From Bacteroidales bacterium (GTDB lineage Bacteria > Bacteroidota > Bacteroidia > Bacteroidales > VadinHA17): a stretch of 37,757 bases of DNA. The notes under the pieces were generated by a model. It ran no database searches and was not told where the DNA came from. It saw nothing but the letters and a program-made list of their open reading frames with translations. How positions within the stretch are numbered: position 1 is the first letter of the stretch; each line of letters opens with the position of its first letter. The stretch is from contig JALONU010000006.1 in the NCBI GenBank assembly GCA_025454775.1, positions 1-37,757 on the forward strand, given 5' to 3'. The translations under genes and the position numbers were made by a program. Below, in pieces: positions 11,239-22,497 of the stretch.

Positions 11239-11661
11239 ATGGGTGCAAGAAAAAGAAATTCAGCTGAAGCGAGAAAAGAAGCAGCAAAAGCAAAATACCA
11301 GGCAGTTCTGAGAAACTGCCCGACCTCCCCGAGAAAAATGAGGCTTATGACCGGTCTTATCAGCGGAAAAGAAGTCAACAAAGCCCTCGACATACTCAGG
11401 TACAGCTCCCAGGAGGCATCACGCAGGCTTGAGAAGCTGCTCCTCTCTGCCATTGCAAACTGGCAGTCGAAAAATGAGGGTGTAAGGGTGGAAGACAGCA
11501 ATCTTTACGTGAAAACAGTCCATGTCGATGGCGGACGTACAATGAAAAGACTGCAGACAGCTCCCCAGGGAAGAGCCTACAGGTTGAGAAAAAGATCCAA
11601 CCATGTTACTCTTGTGCTCGACAGCATTGTTAAGGAAGAAGTTGAAAATACAACAAAATAA
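11239..11661 (+). CDS. rplV: 50S ribosomal protein L22
   Basis: [26 protein letters not shown]; N-terminal extension typical of Bacteroidota. Confidence 0.98.
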   Translation: MGARKRNSAEARKEAAKAKYQAVLRNCPTSPRKMRLMTGLISGKEVNKALDILRYSSQEASRRLEKLLLSAIANWQSKNEGVRVEDSNLYVKTVHVDGGRTMKRLQTAPQGRAYRLRKRSNHVTLVLDSIVKEEVENTTK

Positions 11662-11666
11662 TACAG

Positions 11667-12374
11667 ATGGGACAAAAAGTAAATCCGATAGGCAACAGAC
11701 TAGGTATAATTAAGGGCTGGGATTCAAACTGGTACGGCGGAAAAGACTTCTCCGGCAAGCTCGTCGAGGATACAAGGATAAGGGAATACCTTAGCGCAAG
11801 GCTCGCCAAGGCAAGCATATCAAAGATCATCATCGAAAGAACACTTAAGCTCATTACCGTTACCGTCAACACAGCCCGCCCGGGAATCATAATAGGCAAG
11901 GGAGGACAGGAAGTGGATAAGCTTAAGGAGGAACTGAAGAAGATCACAAAGAAAGAGGTCCAGATAAATATTTTCGAGGTTAAACGCCCCGAGCTCGATG
12001 CCAATATCGTAGGGAACAACATTGCAAGACAGGTAGAAGGAAAGATCTCCTACCGGCGGGCAATAAAAATGTCTATTGCTTCCACGATGAGAATGGGTGC
12101 CGAAGGGATCAAGGTTGTCATCTCCGGACGTCTGGGTGGTGCAGAAATGGCAAGGACTGAAACATACAAGGAGGGACGTATCCCGCTCCATACCTTCAGG
12201 GCCGACATAGACTATGCACTTGCTGAGGCACACACAAAGGTTGGGCTTATCGGAATAAAGGTCTGGATTTGCAACGGTGAGGTGTACGGAAAGAGGGATC
12301 TCAGCCCCAATATCGGTGCCAGGAATGCCAAGAACAAGAGCATGAAGAGAAAGGGGAAGGAAAGATCCAAATAA
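11667..12374 (+). CDS. rpsC: 30S ribosomal protein S3
   Basis: [36 protein letters not shown]. Confidence 0.99.
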   Translation: MGQKVNPIGNRLGIIKGWDSNWYGGKDFSGKLVEDTRIREYLSARLAKASISKIIIERTLKLITVTVNTARPGIIIGKGGQEVDKLKEELKKITKKEVQINIFEVKRPELDANIVGNNIARQVEGKISYRRAIKMSIASTMRMGAEGIKVVISGRLGGAEMARTETYKEGRIPLHTFRADIDYALAEAHTKVGLIGIKVWICNGEVYGKRDLSPNIGARNAKNKSMKRKGKERSK

Positions 12375-12404
12375 CTGATTCAATAATTTTTAAGATATAC
12401 TGCA

Positions 12405-12824
12405 ATGTTACAACCAAAGAGGTCCAAATTCAGGAGAGCCCAGAAGGGGAAGATGAAAGGCAATGCGCAGAGGGGCAACCGGCTTGCTTTCGGTTCGTTC
12501 GGTATAAAGGCTCTTGAGCAGAGCTGGATCACCGGAAGGCAGATCGAAGCAGCCCGTCAGGCAGTGACCCGTCATATGAAGCGTGAAGGACAGCTGTGGA
12601 TCAGGGTTTTCCCCGACAAGCCCATAACCAAGAAGCCTGCTGAGGTACGTATGGGTAAGGGTAAAGGCGCTCCCGAAGGATTTGTTGTGCCCGTAACACC
12701 GGGAAGGATACTTATGGAAGCAGAAGGCGTCTCCTACGAGGTTGCACGTGAAGCCCTGCGCCTGGGAGCCCAGAAGCTGCCGATAACAACAAAGTTTGTG
12801 GTACGCCCCGATTACGTTGAGTAA
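12405..12824 (+). CDS. rplP: 50S ribosomal protein L16
   Basis: MLQPKR, RQIEAAR, RMGKGKG. Confidence 0.99.
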   Translation: MLQPKRSKFRRAQKGKMKGNAQRGNRLAFGSFGIKALEQSWITGRQIEAARQAVTRHMKREGQLWIRVFPDKPITKKPAEVRMGKGKGAPEGFVVPVTPGRILMEAEGVSYEVAREALRLGAQKLPITTKFVVRPDYVE

Positions 12825-12838
12825 AAAACAATACAGCG

Positions 12839-13042
12839 ATGAAGATATCAGAAATAAGGGAACTAAGCACACCCGACCTTCTTGAAAGGATCGATACCGA
12901 GAGGACTATGCTTGTTCGCATGAAAATGAACCATGCTATCACTCCGCTCGACAACCCTCAGAAGCTTAAGCAGGCCAAGCTTACCATCGCCCGCCTGCTT
13001 ACCGAACTGCGGACCAGGGAATCAAAACAGAAATCAAAATAA
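12839..13042 (+). CDS. rpmC: 50S ribosomal protein L29
   Basis: 67 aa between rplP and rpsQ; EIRELS...LDNP...IARLLT. Confidence 0.97.
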   Translation: MKISEIRELSTPDLLERIDTERTMLVRMKMNHAITPLDNPQKLKQAKLTIARLLTELRTRESKQKSK

Positions 13043-13054
13043 GCCGTATCAGCA

Positions 13055-13309
13055 ATGGAAAGGAATCTCAGAAAAGAACGAATCGGAGTTGTTGTCAGCA
13101 ATAAAATGGACAAGTCGATCGTCGTTGCCGTAAAAAGAAAGGTAAAACACCCGATTTACGGCAAGTTCATCAACACAACAAAAAAGCTGATGGCCCATGA
13201 TGAGGAAAACTCATGCAATATAGGCGATACTGTACGTATTTCGGAGACCAGGCCTCTGAGCAAGAACAAAGCCTGGAGATTGGTGGAAATAATTGAAAGA
13301 GCTAAGTAA
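13055..13309 (+). CDS. rpsQ: 30S ribosomal protein S17
   Basis: [26 protein letters not shown]. Confidence 0.99.
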   Translation: MERNLRKERIGVVVSNKMDKSIVVAVKRKVKHPIYGKFINTTKKLMAHDEENSCNIGDTVRISETRPLSKNKAWRLVEIIERAK

Positions 13310-13311
13310 TC

Positions 13312-13677
13312 ATGATACAGCAGGAAACAAGGCTGACAGTAGCCGATAATTCAGGCGCCAAGGAGGTGTTGTGCATCAGGGTGCTCGGCGGCAGCAAGAA
13401 AAGGTATGCCACTGTAGGCGACAAGATAGTGGTAAGCGTGAAATCAGCCCTTCCCTCAGGTGAAGCAAAAAAGGGAACCGTAAGCAGGGCAGTCGTTGTA
13501 AGAACAAAGAAGGAAATACGCCGCTCCGACGGATCCTATATAAGGTTCGACGACAATGCAGTGGTTCTGCTCACGAACCAGGACGAGGTAAGGGGAACAC
13601 GTATCTTCGGCCCTGTGGCCAGGGAACTTCGCGACAAGTACATGAAGATCGTTTCACTTGCACCTGAAGTATTGTAA
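13312..13677 (+). CDS. rplN: 50S ribosomal protein L14
   Basis: [27 protein letters not shown]. Confidence 0.99.
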   Translation: MIQQETRLTVADNSGAKEVLCIRVLGGSKKRYATVGDKIVVSVKSALPSGEAKKGTVSRAVVVRTKKEIRRSDGSYIRFDDNAVVLLTNQDEVRGTRIFGPVARELRDKYMKIVSLAPEVL

Positions 13678-13694
13678 CATTTAACTACGAAGCG

Positions 13695-14018
13695 ATGCAG
13701 AAGAAAATACATATCAAGAAGGGTGACACGGTTATGGTGATAACCGGTGAGTCAAAAGGCCAGAAAGGCAGGGTCCTGGAAGTTATCAGGGACAAGAACA
13801 AGGCTATCGTTGAGGGGATCAACATGGTTTCGAAGCATACGAAGCCTCATTCCAAGGCACCCCAGGGAGGGATAGTGAAAAAGGAAGCCCCGGTACACCT
13901 GTCAAACCTGATGCTGCTGGATCCTTCTTCAGGAAAGCCGACACGCATCGGAAAGAGGCTGAACGATAAAAGTAAACTGGTACGTTATTCTAAAAAATCA
14001 GGAGAGGAGATCAAGTGA
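13695..14018 (+). CDS. rplX: 50S ribosomal protein L24
   Basis: KOW motif [24 protein letters not shown]. Confidence 0.99.
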   Translation: MQKKIHIKKGDTVMVITGESKGQKGRVLEVIRDKNKAIVEGINMVSKHTKPHSKAPQGGIVKKEAPVHLSNLMLLDPSSGKPTRIGKRLNDKSKLVRYSKKSGEEIK

Positions 14019-14569
14019 TGTATACACCTGCACTTAAGAAAAAGTATAGCGACGAGATAGTTCCTGCGTTGATGAAGGAATTTGGTTACAAAACCGTAAT
14101 GCAGGTCCCGAAACTCGAGAAAATAGTAATTAACCAGGGCGTGGGCCAGGCTATTGCAGACAAAAAACTGCTTGAGTCAGGGGTTAAGGAATTGTCTGAT
14201 ATTGCAGGGCAGAAAGCCATTCTCACATATTCCTCAAAGGACATCTCCAACTTCAAGCTGAGAAGGAACATGCCTATCGGGATTATGGTTACTCTCAGGA
14301 AGGAAAGGATGTATGAGTTCCTTGAGAGACTTGTTGCGGTAGCTCTTCCCCGTATCCGCGATTTCAAGGGCATAAGTGCCAAACTCGACGGTCGTGGAAA
14401 CTATACCCTTGGTATTACTGAGCAGATAATATTCCCGGAGATCGACCTCGACAAGGTCACAAAGATCATGGGACTCCAGGTTACCTTCGTTACGTCTGCA
14501 AAAACAGATGAGGAAGCCCTGTCTCTGCTGAAGAACTTCGGTTTACCGTTTAAAACTTCTAAAAACTGA
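14018..14569 (+). CDS. rplE: 50S ribosomal protein L5
   Basis: [28 protein letters not shown] at 14018 overlaps the rplX stop (TGATG); GTG at 14015 is an alternative. Confidence 0.98.
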   Translation: MYTPALKKKYSDEIVPALMKEFGYKTVMQVPKLEKIVINQGVGQAIADKKLLESGVKELSDIAGQKAILTYSSKDISNFKLRRNMPIGIMVTLRKERMYEFLERLVAVALPRIRDFKGISAKLDGRGNYTLGITEQIIFPEIDLDKVTKIMGLQVTFVTSAKTDEEALSLLKNFGLPFKTSKN

Positions 14570-14573
14570 TTAT

Positions 14574-14843
14574 ATGGCTAAGGAATCAATGAAAGCCCGC
14601 GAGGTCAAGCGCGCTAAACTGGCACAGAAATATGCTGCCAAGAGGTCGCAGCTCAAATCCGAAGGCAATTATGTGGCGCTGAGCCGGCTTCCGAGGAACT
14701 CAAATCCCAACAGGCAGCGGAACAGGTGCAAGCTTACCGGCCGTACAAGAGGCTACATGAGGCAGTTTGGCATCAGCAGGATAACCTTCAGGGAAATGGC
14801 ATCTCAGGGCCTTATACCCGGAGTAAAGAAAGCCAGCTGGTAA
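14574..14843 (+). CDS. rpsN: 30S ribosomal protein S14 (89-aa zinc-independent type)
   Basis: [24 protein letters not shown]; no CxxC ribbon. Confidence 0.98.
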   Translation: MAKESMKAREVKRAKLAQKYAAKRSQLKSEGNYVALSRLPRNSNPNRQRNRCKLTGRTRGYMRQFGISRITFREMASQGLIPGVKKASW

Positions 14844-14879
14844 TTAACTAATAACTAATAATATAATAAGAATCATAAT

Positions 14880-15278
14880 ATGACTGATCCAATTGCTGAT
14901 TTACTGACCAGGATAAGAAATGCCATCATGGCCGGACATAAAATTGTGGAGGTGCCGGCTTCCGGTCTGAAGAAGGAAATTGCCAGGATACTGTTTGAAA
15001 AAGGCTATATCCTCAGCTATAAGGTTATTGAAGGCAAAACACCGCAGGGTGTCCTGAAGATAGCTCTCAAGTACAACCAGAAGAGCAAGAAGCCCGCTAT
15101 TAAGGAACTTCAGCGCATCAGCCGTCCCGGGCTCAGACATTATGCCGCTGCCGACGAGATGCCGAGAGTGCTTAACGGACTGGGGATAGCAATAATCTCA
15201 ACTTCCAGGGGTCTTATGACCGACAAGGAGGCAAAGAAGGAAAACATAGGTGGTGAAGTGTTGTGTTACGTTTATTAA
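14880..15278 (+). CDS. rpsH: 30S ribosomal protein S8
   Basis: [30 protein letters not shown]. Confidence 0.99.
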   Translation: MTDPIADLLTRIRNAIMAGHKIVEVPASGLKKEIARILFEKGYILSYKVIEGKTPQGVLKIALKYNQKSKKPAIKELQRISRPGLRHYAAADEMPRVLNGLGIAIISTSRGLMTDKEAKKENIGGEVLCYVY

Positions 15279-15292
15279 AAGGAGGAGAACCA

Positions 15293-15847
15293 ATGTCACG
15301 TATAGGAAAATTACCTGTTTACCTGCCCAAGGGAGTCACTGTAAGCATCAGCGGCGACAATGTGGTCAGCGTAAAAGGACCCCTGGGCGAACTGACCAGG
15401 AGTGTTGACAAGGACCTGACAATCAAGGTTGAAGACAACCAGCTGATAATCGACAGGCCATCGGATTCCAAGAGCCACAAGTCCCTTCACGGACTCTACC
15501 GCGCACTTATTGCCAATATGGTTACAGGCGTTTCGCAGGGATACAGGAAGGACCTCGAACTCGTAGGAGTAGGTTATCGCGCCGAAGCCAAAGGCCAGCT
15601 TCTTGAAATGAGCCTTGGATACTCCCACGACATCATCCTGCAGCTTCCCAGCGAAGTAAAGATAGAAACCAAAACCGAGAGAAGGAGCAATCCGATTATT
15701 ACGCTTAAGAGCATCGACAAGCAGCTCATTGGTCATGTGGCCGCAAAGATCAGGTCACTGCGCCCGCCGGAACCATACAAGGGCAAGGGTATCAAGTTTG
15801 TCGGTGAACAGCTGAGAAGGAAAGCAGGTAAATCGGCAAGTGTTTAA
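15293..15847 (+). CDS. rplF: 50S ribosomal protein L6
   Basis: True start MSRIGKLP at 15293; RPPEPYKGKGI. Confidence 0.99.
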   Translation: MSRIGKLPVYLPKGVTVSISGDNVVSVKGPLGELTRSVDKDLTIKVEDNQLIIDRPSDSKSHKSLHGLYRALIANMVTGVSQGYRKDLELVGVGYRAEAKGQLLEMSLGYSHDIILQLPSEVKIETKTERRSNPIITLKSIDKQLIGHVAAKIRSLRPPEPYKGKGIKFVGEQLRRKAGKSASV

Positions 15848-15878
15848 CTTGTATATAACCAGGTAAAAGTTTAAAGAA

Positions 15879-16241
15879 ATGGCCCTGACAAAATTTGAAA
15901 AAAGAACCAGGATCAAAATGAGGATCCGGAAAAAGATAAGCGGTACCCCCGAAATACCCAGGCTGGCTGTATTCCGCAGCAACAAGCAGATATATGTGCA
16001 GGTGGTTGACGACACGAGCAAGACCACTCTCCTGGCAGTTTCCTCGAGGGAGAAGGAAGTTGCCGGCAAGTCTGCAGGCATAAAGAAAACAGAACAGGCT
16101 AAGCTTGTTGGAAAACTCCTGGCAGAGAAATGCAGGGAAAAAGGGATCGGTTCCGTAGTTTTCGACAGAAGCGGTTATAAATATCATGGCAGAGTAAAAT
16201 CATTGGCTGAAGCAGCCCGCGAAGGCGGATTAAAATTCTAG
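15879..16241 (+). CDS. rplR: 50S ribosomal protein L18
   Basis: [22 protein letters not shown]. Confidence 0.99.
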   Translation: MALTKFEKRTRIKMRIRKKISGTPEIPRLAVFRSNKQIYVQVVDDTSKTTLLAVSSREKEVAGKSAGIKKTEQAKLVGKLLAEKCREKGIGSVVFDRSGYKYHGRVKSLAEAAREGGLKF

Positions 16242-16247
16242 TGAATC

Positions 16248-16763
16248 ATGGCAGAAGGTATAAGAAAAGTAAAAACCAGCGACCTTGAGCTCAAGGACAG
16301 GCTCGTAAGCATTCAGAGAGTTACAAAGGTTACAAAGGGAGGCCGTACATTCAGCTTCTCGGCTATTGTCGTTGTGGGAAATGAAAACGGAATAGTGGGG
16401 CACGGCCTCGGAAAGGCAAGTGAAGTCACGACAGCCATAGCTAAAGGCATTGAGGACGCCAAAAAGAACCTTATTAAAGTGCCTGTGATCAACGGAACCA
16501 TACCTCATGAGCAGACAGCCAAGTTCGGAGGCGCCAGGGTATTTGTCAAGCCTGCATCTGAAGGTACCGGTGTGAAGGCAGGAGGTGCAATGCGTGCCGT
16601 ACTCGAGAGCGTGGGAGTCAAGAACGTGCTTGCAAAATCAAAGGGCTCTTCGAACCCCCACAACCTGGTGAAGGCAACTTTTGCAGCTCTTCTTGAAATG
16701 CGCGATCCCTACGCAATAGCAGAACACAGAGGTGTGAAAATGGAAAAAGTTTTTAACGGCTAG
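16248..16763 (+). CDS. rpsE: 30S ribosomal protein S5
   Basis: [25 protein letters not shown]. Confidence 0.99.
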   Translation: MAEGIRKVKTSDLELKDRLVSIQRVTKVTKGGRTFSFSAIVVVGNENGIVGHGLGKASEVTTAIAKGIEDAKKNLIKVPVINGTIPHEQTAKFGGARVFVKPASEGTGVKAGGAMRAVLESVGVKNVLAKSKGSSNPHNLVKATFAALLEMRDPYAIAEHRGVKMEKVFNG

Positions 16764-16777
16764 CAACATTTATTGAA

Positions 16778-16957
16778 ATGGCAAAGATTCGTATAACCCA
16801 GGTTAAAAGCAGGAACGGCAAGCCCGAAAGACAGAAAAGGACACTTGATGCCCTCGGCATTCATAAGCTGAATCACAGCGTTGAACTCGAAGCAACACCC
16901 CAGATCCTTGGGATGGTGAAGAAGATCGGGCACCTGGTAAAAGTTGAAAATATTTAA
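16778..16957 (+). CDS. rpmD: 50S ribosomal protein L30 (missing from ORF track)
   Basis: Hand translation, 59 aa: MAKIRITQVKSRNGKPERQKRTLDALGIHKLNHSVELEATPQILGMVKKIGHLVKVENI; lies between rpsE and rplO. Confidence 0.97.
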   Translation: MAKIRITQVKSRNGKPERQKRTLDALGIHKLNHSVELEATPQILGMVKKIGHLVKVENI

Positions 16958-16986
16958 GGTATTTTACATATTTAAGATATAAGATA

Positions 16987-17433
16987 ATGGATCTGAGTAA
17001 TTTAAAACCTGCAAGAGGCTCGGTGAAAAAGAACAAGCGTTTGGGCCGCGGACAGGGTTCCGGAAAAGGCGGAACCTCCACAAGGGGACATAAAGGCGCC
17101 AAATCGCGTTCAGGTTACAGCAAGAAAATCGGTTTCGAAGGCGGCCAGATGCCCCTTCAGAGGAGAGTGCCGAAATACGGTTTCCAGAACATATCCCGGA
17201 AGGAATACAAGGGCATTAACATTGGTGTCCTTCAGACCCTTGCAGAAAAGAACAAAATCGACAGGATCGATATTGAAGTACTTGTTAAGGCAGGTCTGGT
17301 TTCGAAAAACGCCCAGGTTAAGATCCTCGGGAAAGGCACACTCGATAAAAAGCTTGAAGTGCATGCTCATGCATTCAGCAAATCGGCTGTGGCAGCGATC
17401 GAAGCAAAAAACGGAACCGTCGTAAAACTGTAA
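16987..17433 (+). CDS. rplO: 50S ribosomal protein L15
   Basis: GRGQGSGKG, GFEGGQMPL. Confidence 0.99.
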   Translation: MDLSNLKPARGSVKKNKRLGRGQGSGKGGTSTRGHKGAKSRSGYSKKIGFEGGQMPLQRRVPKYGFQNISRKEYKGINIGVLQTLAEKNKIDRIDIEVLVKAGLVSKNAQVKILGKGTLDKKLEVHAHAFSKSAVAAIEAKNGTVVKL

Positions 17434-17437
17434 TTTC

Positions 17438-18775
17438 ATGAGATTCTTTCAGACCATAAAGAACATCTTCAAGATCGAAGACCTCAGGGCAAGACTCCTT
17501 TACACCCTTGCTATAATAATGCTTTACAGGCTGGGGAAATATGTTTCCCTGCCGGGCATAAACCCTGAGTATCTTACGAACCTTCAGGCAAATACCTCCT
17601 CCGGTATAATGGGGCTCTTTGACATGTTCTCGGGCGGTGCGTTCTCACAGGCATCAATATTTGCCCTGGGCATTATGCCCTATATATCCGCCTCAATCGT
17701 GGTCCAGCTGCTCGGTATCGTCTTCCCGTATTTCCAGAAGCTTCAGAAAGAAGGTGAAAGCGGAAGAAGGAAGATGAACCAGTATACGAGGTATCTGACA
17801 GTTATTATTCTCATCCTGCAGGCTCCCACATACCTTATAAGCCTTACCCGCACACTCGACGCCAACGCTTTTGTACTTACTGGCGCCTACCAGAGGTTCT
17901 TCATGATATCGTCAACGGTAATCCTCACAGCAGGAACCATCTTCGTGATGTGGCTCGGGGAAAAGATCACCGACAAGGGTATAGGTAACGGTATCTCGCT
18001 TATCATTATGATCGGTATCGTAGCCAGGCTCCCGCAGAACTTCCTTTTTGAAGCCGGTACAAGGATGGATGGCGCAGGAGGACCAATTGCCCTAATAGCT
18101 GAACTTGTACTGTGGTTTGTGGTTATTCTCGGAACAATACTTCTGGTTCAGGGCACTCGAAGGGTGCCGGTACAGTATGCCCGGCGAATAATCGGGAACA
18201 AGCAATACGGAGGTGTCCGCCAGTATATCCCACTGAAGGTGAATGCTGCCGGAGTCATGCCCATAATCTTCGCCCAGGCGATAATGATGGTGCCCATGCT
18301 GATAGCAGGCTTCCGCGACCAGAGCTCAGGCTTCGTGGTGACATTCTCGAATATCTACGGGTTCTGGTATAACTTTGTAACCGCACTGCTCATAATTGCT
18401 TTTACCTATTTCTACACGGCTATCACTATTAACCCTGTCCAGATGGCGGAGGATATGAAAAAGAACGGGGGCTTCATACCGGGGATCAAACCGGGAAGGA
18501 AGACAGTTGAATTCTTCGACATGATAATGTCGAGGATCACATTCCCGGGATCAATATTCCTGGCAATAATTGCGATACTTCCGGCAATAGCCGTAATAGC
18601 CGGTGTAACACCGCAGTTTGCTCAGTTTTATGGCGGAACGTCTCTTCTGATTCTTGTCGGAGTAGTGCTCGACACACTTCAGCAGATCGAGAGCCACCTG
18701 CTTATGCGTCACTATGACGGACTTATGAAATCGGGCCGCGTGAAGGGAAGATCGGGTGCGGTTACCTCGATATAA
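17438..18775 (+). CDS. secY: Preprotein translocase subunit SecY
   Basis: SIFALGIMPYISASI, GIGNGISL, IPGIKPG, GGTSLLI. Confidence 0.99.
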   Translation: MRFFQTIKNIFKIEDLRARLLYTLAIIMLYRLGKYVSLPGINPEYLTNLQANTSSGIMGLFDMFSGGAFSQASIFALGIMPYISASIVVQLLGIVFPYFQKLQKEGESGRRKMNQYTRYLTVIILILQAPTYLISLTRTLDANAFVLTGAYQRFFMISSTVILTAGTIFVMWLGEKITDKGIGNGISLIIMIGIVARLPQNFLFEAGTRMDGAGGPIALIAELVLWFVVILGTILLVQGTRRVPVQYARRIIGNKQYGGVRQYIPLKVNAAGVMPIIFAQAIMMVPMLIAGFRDQSSGFVVTFSNIYGFWYNFVTALLIIAFTYFYTAITINPVQMAEDMKKNGGFIPGIKPGRKTVEFFDMIMSRITFPGSIFLAIIAILPAIAVIAGVTPQFAQFYGGTSLLILVGVVLDTLQQIESHLLMRHYDGLMKSGRVKGRSGAVTSI

Positions 18776-18795
18776 ACAGGCATTTACGTTCTTTG

Positions 18796-19572
18796 ATGTT
18801 GTATTTGAAGACTGATGAAGAGGTCGGGTTGTTAAGGGAAAGCAACATGCTGGTGTCGAAAACGCTGGCTGAAGTTGCAAAACATATTAAGCCCGGAATT
18901 TCAACTCTTTATCTCGACGGTTTAGCGGAGGAATTCATCCGTGACCATAATGCAGTTCCTGCATTCAAAGGATACGGAGGCTTCCCGAATACTCTCTGCA
19001 CATCAGTCAATGAAGAGGTTGTCCACGGGATACCGTCATCCTATGAACTGAAGGATGGCGATATAATCTCGATAGACTGCGGGGTTATCCTTAACGGATG
19101 GTATGGCGACAGCGCCTATACTTTTTCTGTTGGAGAGATAACGGATGCTGTTGCAAGGCTGCTCGAATATACGAAAGCCAGCCTTGAGGAAGGTGTAAAG
19201 GCAGCTGTTGCAGGGAACAGGATCGGGGATATCTCGCATGCCGTACAGGTAAAAGCCGAAAGCGGAGGATTCTCGGTTGTGAGGGAACTGGTCGGACACG
19301 GTATCGGCAGGAAGCTGCACGAACCCCCTGAGGTGCCGAACTTCGGGAAACAGGGTACGGGGCCGAAAATGGATAAAGGCCTGGTGATATGCATCGAACC
19401 GATGATCAACCTTGGGAAAAAGGAAACCCTTCAGATGAGCGATGGATGGACAATCAGAACCGCTGACGGCATGCCTTCAGCGCATTATGAGTATGCCGTG
19501 GCCGTAAACAGGGGCAGGGCAGACGTGCTGACAACATTTGATTTCATAGAGGAAGTTTTAAGTAAAATGTAA
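18796..19572 (+). CDS. map: Type I methionine aminopeptidase
   Basis: [14 protein letters not shown]...GDSA, GHGIG...HEPP, IEPMIN, SAHYE. Confidence 0.98.
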   Translation: MLYLKTDEEVGLLRESNMLVSKTLAEVAKHIKPGISTLYLDGLAEEFIRDHNAVPAFKGYGGFPNTLCTSVNEEVVHGIPSSYELKDGDIISIDCGVILNGWYGDSAYTFSVGEITDAVARLLEYTKASLEEGVKAAVAGNRIGDISHAVQVKAESGGFSVVRELVGHGIGRKLHEPPEVPNFGKQGTGPKMDKGLVICIEPMINLGKKETLQMSDGWTIRTADGMPSAHYEYAVAVNRGRADVLTTFDFIEEVLSKM

Positions 19573-19577
19573 ATCGT

Positions 19578-19796
19578 ATGGCCAAACAACCATCAATTGA
19601 GCAGGACGGGACTATCATCGAAGCCCTCTCAAATGCCATGTTCAGGGTTGAACTTGAGAACGGGCATGTGATAACAGCGCATATCTCGGGCAAAATGAGG
19701 ATGCACTATATTAAGATCCTGCCAGGTGACAAGGTTAAGGTTGAAATGTCGCCCTACGATCTGACTAAAGGAAGAATTACATTCAGGTATAAATAG
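19578..19796 (+). CDS. infA: Translation initiation factor IF-1
   Basis: [28 protein letters not shown]. Confidence 0.99.
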   Translation: MAKQPSIEQDGTIIEALSNAMFRVELENGHVITAHISGKMRMHYIKILPGDKVKVEMSPYDLTKGRITFRYK

Positions 19797-19812
19797 AAAC
19801 ACATAGGTCGCA

Positions 19813-19929
19813 ATGAAAGTAAGAGCATCTGTAAAGAAGCGCAGCGCTGACTGCAAGATTGTCAGGAGAAAAGGGCGCATTTACATTATAAACAAGAAAA
19901 ATCCCAAGTTCAAACAGAGACAGGGATAA
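19813..19929 (+). CDS. rpmJ: 50S ribosomal protein L36 (zinc-independent type; missing from ORF track)
   Basis: Hand translation, 38 aa: [38 protein letters not shown]. Confidence 0.97.
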   Translation: MKVRASVKKRSADCKIVRRKGRIYIINKKNPKFKQRQG

Positions 19930-19936
19930 TTTTAAC

Positions 19937-19944
19937 TATTTTTG
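19937..19944 (+). promoter_or_regulatory. Possible internal -7 promoter element for the alpha operon
   Basis: TATTTTTG 25 nt upstream of the rpsM ATG; no obvious -33 TTTG. Confidence 0.4.
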
Positions 19945-19969
19945 CAACTCAATTTTAAGAAAGTAAAAT

Positions 19970-20347
19970 ATGGCACGAATTGTTGGTGTTGATTTACCAA
20001 GACATAAAAGGGGTGTGGTTGGCCTTACCTACATCTACGGTGTCGGAAGAAGTATCGCACAGAAGGTACTCGACGAAGCAGGTGTAGACAGGAACGTCAA
20101 GGTTGAGGAGTGGACTGACGAACAGATAAACAGCATCCGCCGCATCCTGAACGAGAATTTTAAACTCGAGGGAGAGCTCCGTTCTGAAACACAGATGAAC
20201 ATAAAGCGCCTTATGGATATTGGTTGTTACCGCGGGGTACGCCACAGGCTTGGATTGCCGGTCAGGGGACAGAGTACGAAAAACAATGCCAGAACCCGCA
20301 AAGGCAGGAAAAAAACCGTTGCAAACAAGAAGAAAGCTACTAAATAA
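19970..20347 (+). CDS. rpsM: 30S ribosomal protein S13
   Basis: [27 protein letters not shown]. Confidence 0.99.
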   Translation: MARIVGVDLPRHKRGVVGLTYIYGVGRSIAQKVLDEAGVDRNVKVEEWTDEQINSIRRILNENFKLEGELRSETQMNIKRLMDIGCYRGVRHRLGLPVRGQSTKNNARTRKGRKKTVANKKKATK

Positions 20348-20354
20348 ATAAACT

Positions 20355-20744
20355 ATGGCAAAGAAGACTGGTGCATTAAAGAAGAGGATTGTCAAGGTAG
20401 AACCTACCGGCCAGGCACATATTCATTCATCATTCAATAATCTGATAGTTACCCTTACAAACAATTCCGGACAGGTGATCTCATGGGCTTCATCAGGGAA
20501 GATGGGTTTCAAGGGTTCAAAGAAGAATACTCCCTACGCCGCCCAGATGGCTTCAGAAGAATGCGGAAAAGTAGCTTACGATCTGGGACTGAGAAAAGTA
20601 AAGGTTTTTGTGAAGGGACCGGGATCGGGACGTGAATCCGCTATCCGGGCAATCTCAAACACCGGGATCGAGGTGACCGAAATCATCGACGTTACACCGA
20701 TGCCTCACAACGGATGCCGTGCACCAGGGAGGAGAAGAGTTTAA
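20355..20744 (+). CDS. rpsK: 30S ribosomal protein S11
   Basis: [23 protein letters not shown]. Confidence 0.99.
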   Translation: MAKKTGALKKRIVKVEPTGQAHIHSSFNNLIVTLTNNSGQVISWASSGKMGFKGSKKNTPYAAQMASEECGKVAYDLGLRKVKVFVKGPGSGRESAIRAISNTGIEVTEIIDVTPMPHNGCRAPGRRRV

Positions 20745-20748
20745 TATG

Positions 20749-20812
20749 ATTGCGGATTGCGGATTTGAGATTGCGGATTTAAATCCGAAATCAACAATCC
20801 GAAATCCGAAAT
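20749..20812. repeat. Inverted heptamer tandem-repeat hairpin between rpsK and rpsD
   Basis: ATTGCGG ATTGCGG ATTTGAG ATTGCGG ATTT followed by AAATCCG AAATCAA CAATCCG AAATCCG AAAT. Confidence 0.85.
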
Positions 20813-20850
20813 AAAGAAAAATAGGTAAGTTCAAAAATTCATAAAAGACA

Positions 20851-21459
20851 ATGGCAAGATATATCGGCCCAAAATCAAGAGTCGCCAGAAAATTCGGTGA
20901 GCCAATCTACGGACCCGACAAACATCTCGAAAGAAAGAATTTCCCTCCCGGACAGCACGGGGTAAACAAAAAGAGGAAGAAAACTTCCGAATACGGTGTT
21001 CAGCTAAGAGAGAAGCAGAAAGCAAAATATACCTACGGGGTGCTGGAGCGCCAGTTCAGGAACACATTCGAGAAAGCATCAAGGTCAAAAGGCGTAACCG
21101 GAGAGGTTCTCCTTCAGCTCCTTGAATCACGCCTCGACAATGTGGTATACAGGCTTGGCGTAGCCCCTTCCAGGTCGTCAGCCCGTCAGCTCGTGTCGCA
21201 CCGTCATATTACCGTTAACGGACAGGTTGTCAATATACCTTCTTTCCAGCTCAGGCCCGGCGATATCATCGGTGTACGCGAAAAGTCCAAATCCCTCGAA
21301 ACGATAGTCGATTCGCTCACCACAAGGAAAGCTTCAAGGCTCACATGGCTCGAATGGGATGAAACACAAATGGCAGGCAAGTTCATGAATGTGCCTGAAC
21401 GCACTGACATCCCTGAAGATATAAGGGAACAGCTTATCGTTGAATTGTATTCGAAGTAA
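20851..21459 (+). CDS. rpsD: 30S ribosomal protein S4
   Basis: [31 protein letters not shown]. Confidence 0.99.
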   Translation: MARYIGPKSRVARKFGEPIYGPDKHLERKNFPPGQHGVNKKRKKTSEYGVQLREKQKAKYTYGVLERQFRNTFEKASRSKGVTGEVLLQLLESRLDNVVYRLGVAPSRSSARQLVSHRHITVNGQVVNIPSFQLRPGDIIGVREKSKSLETIVDSLTTRKASRLTWLEWDETQMAGKFMNVPERTDIPEDIREQLIVELYSK

Positions 21460-21477
21460 TATTATATAATAAATCCT

Positions 21478-22470
21478 ATGGCCATATTATCATTCCAGAA
21501 GCCCGACAAAGTAATAATGCTGGAAGCGGACCACAAGCTCGGCAAATTCGAGTTTCGTCCACTTGAACCTGGCTATGGTATTACCGTTGGTAATGCCCTG
21601 AGAAGAATACTTCTCTCATCTCTCGAGGGTTTTGCCATTACCACTGTCAAGATAGACGGTATCGACCACGAGTTTTCCACCATTACCGGCGTAATGGAAG
21701 ATGTGACCGAGATCATCCTTAACCTCAAGCAGGTAAGATTTAAAAGAACCGTGGATGATGTTGATCATGAGAAAGTTACAGTAAAGATCCATAACAAGGA
21801 GACCTTCAGGGCCGGCGATCTGAACAATTCTCTAAGCGGATTCGAAGTACTTAATCCCGAGCTGGTATTGTTCAGGATGGAACCCGACGTCAAGCTTCAC
21901 CTGGAGCTTACGGTGAACAAGGGTCGCGGATATGTTCCTGCCGAGGAAAATGAACCTGCCGATGCTGAGTTCGGACTGATAGCTATTGACTCCATTTTCA
22001 CACCTGTTAGAAATGTGAAATATTCGGTCGAGAACTACCGTGTTGAAGAAAAAACAGACTACGAAAAGCTTCTTTTCGAGATCGAGACCGACGGATCCAT
22101 ACATCCCAAGGATGCCCTTAAGGAAGCTGCAAAGATCCTCATATATCATTTCATGCTTTTCTCAGATGAAAAGATAACTCTCGATTCTGACGATAAGATG
22201 GCCAATGAGGAATTCGACGAGGAAGTTCTTCACATGAGGCAGCTGCTAAAGACCAAGCTTATAGACCTCGACCTTTCAGTAAGAGCTTTGAACTGCCTCA
22301 AGGCTGCCGAAGTGGAAACCCTTGGCGACCTGGTAAAATTCAACAAGAACGACCTGCTCAAATTCAGGAACTTCGGGAAGAAATCACTTACTGAACTCGA
22401 TGAACTGCTTGAATCAATGAGCCTTTCATTCGGTATGGATGTAAGCAAGTACAAGTTAGACAAAGATTAA
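21478..22470 (+). CDS. rpoA: RNA polymerase alpha subunit
   Basis: [39 protein letters not shown]. Confidence 0.99.
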   Translation: MAILSFQKPDKVIMLEADHKLGKFEFRPLEPGYGITVGNALRRILLSSLEGFAITTVKIDGIDHEFSTITGVMEDVTEIILNLKQVRFKRTVDDVDHEKVTVKIHNKETFRAGDLNNSLSGFEVLNPELVLFRMEPDVKLHLELTVNKGRGYVPAEENEPADAEFGLIAIDSIFTPVRNVKYSVENYRVEEKTDYEKLLFEIETDGSIHPKDALKEAAKILIYHFMLFSDEKITLDSDDKMANEEFDEEVLHMRQLLKTKLIDLDLSVRALNCLKAAEVETLGDLVKFNKNDLLKFRNFGKKSLTELDELLESMSLSFGMDVSKYKLDKD

Positions 22471-22497
22471 ACTGATAATTGGGAAGAGAATACAGCA

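Noticed and set aside
14574-19929. Zinc-free S14 and L36 in the main operon
   Set aside because: Usual for this phylum; not evidence of a special zinc-starvation system.
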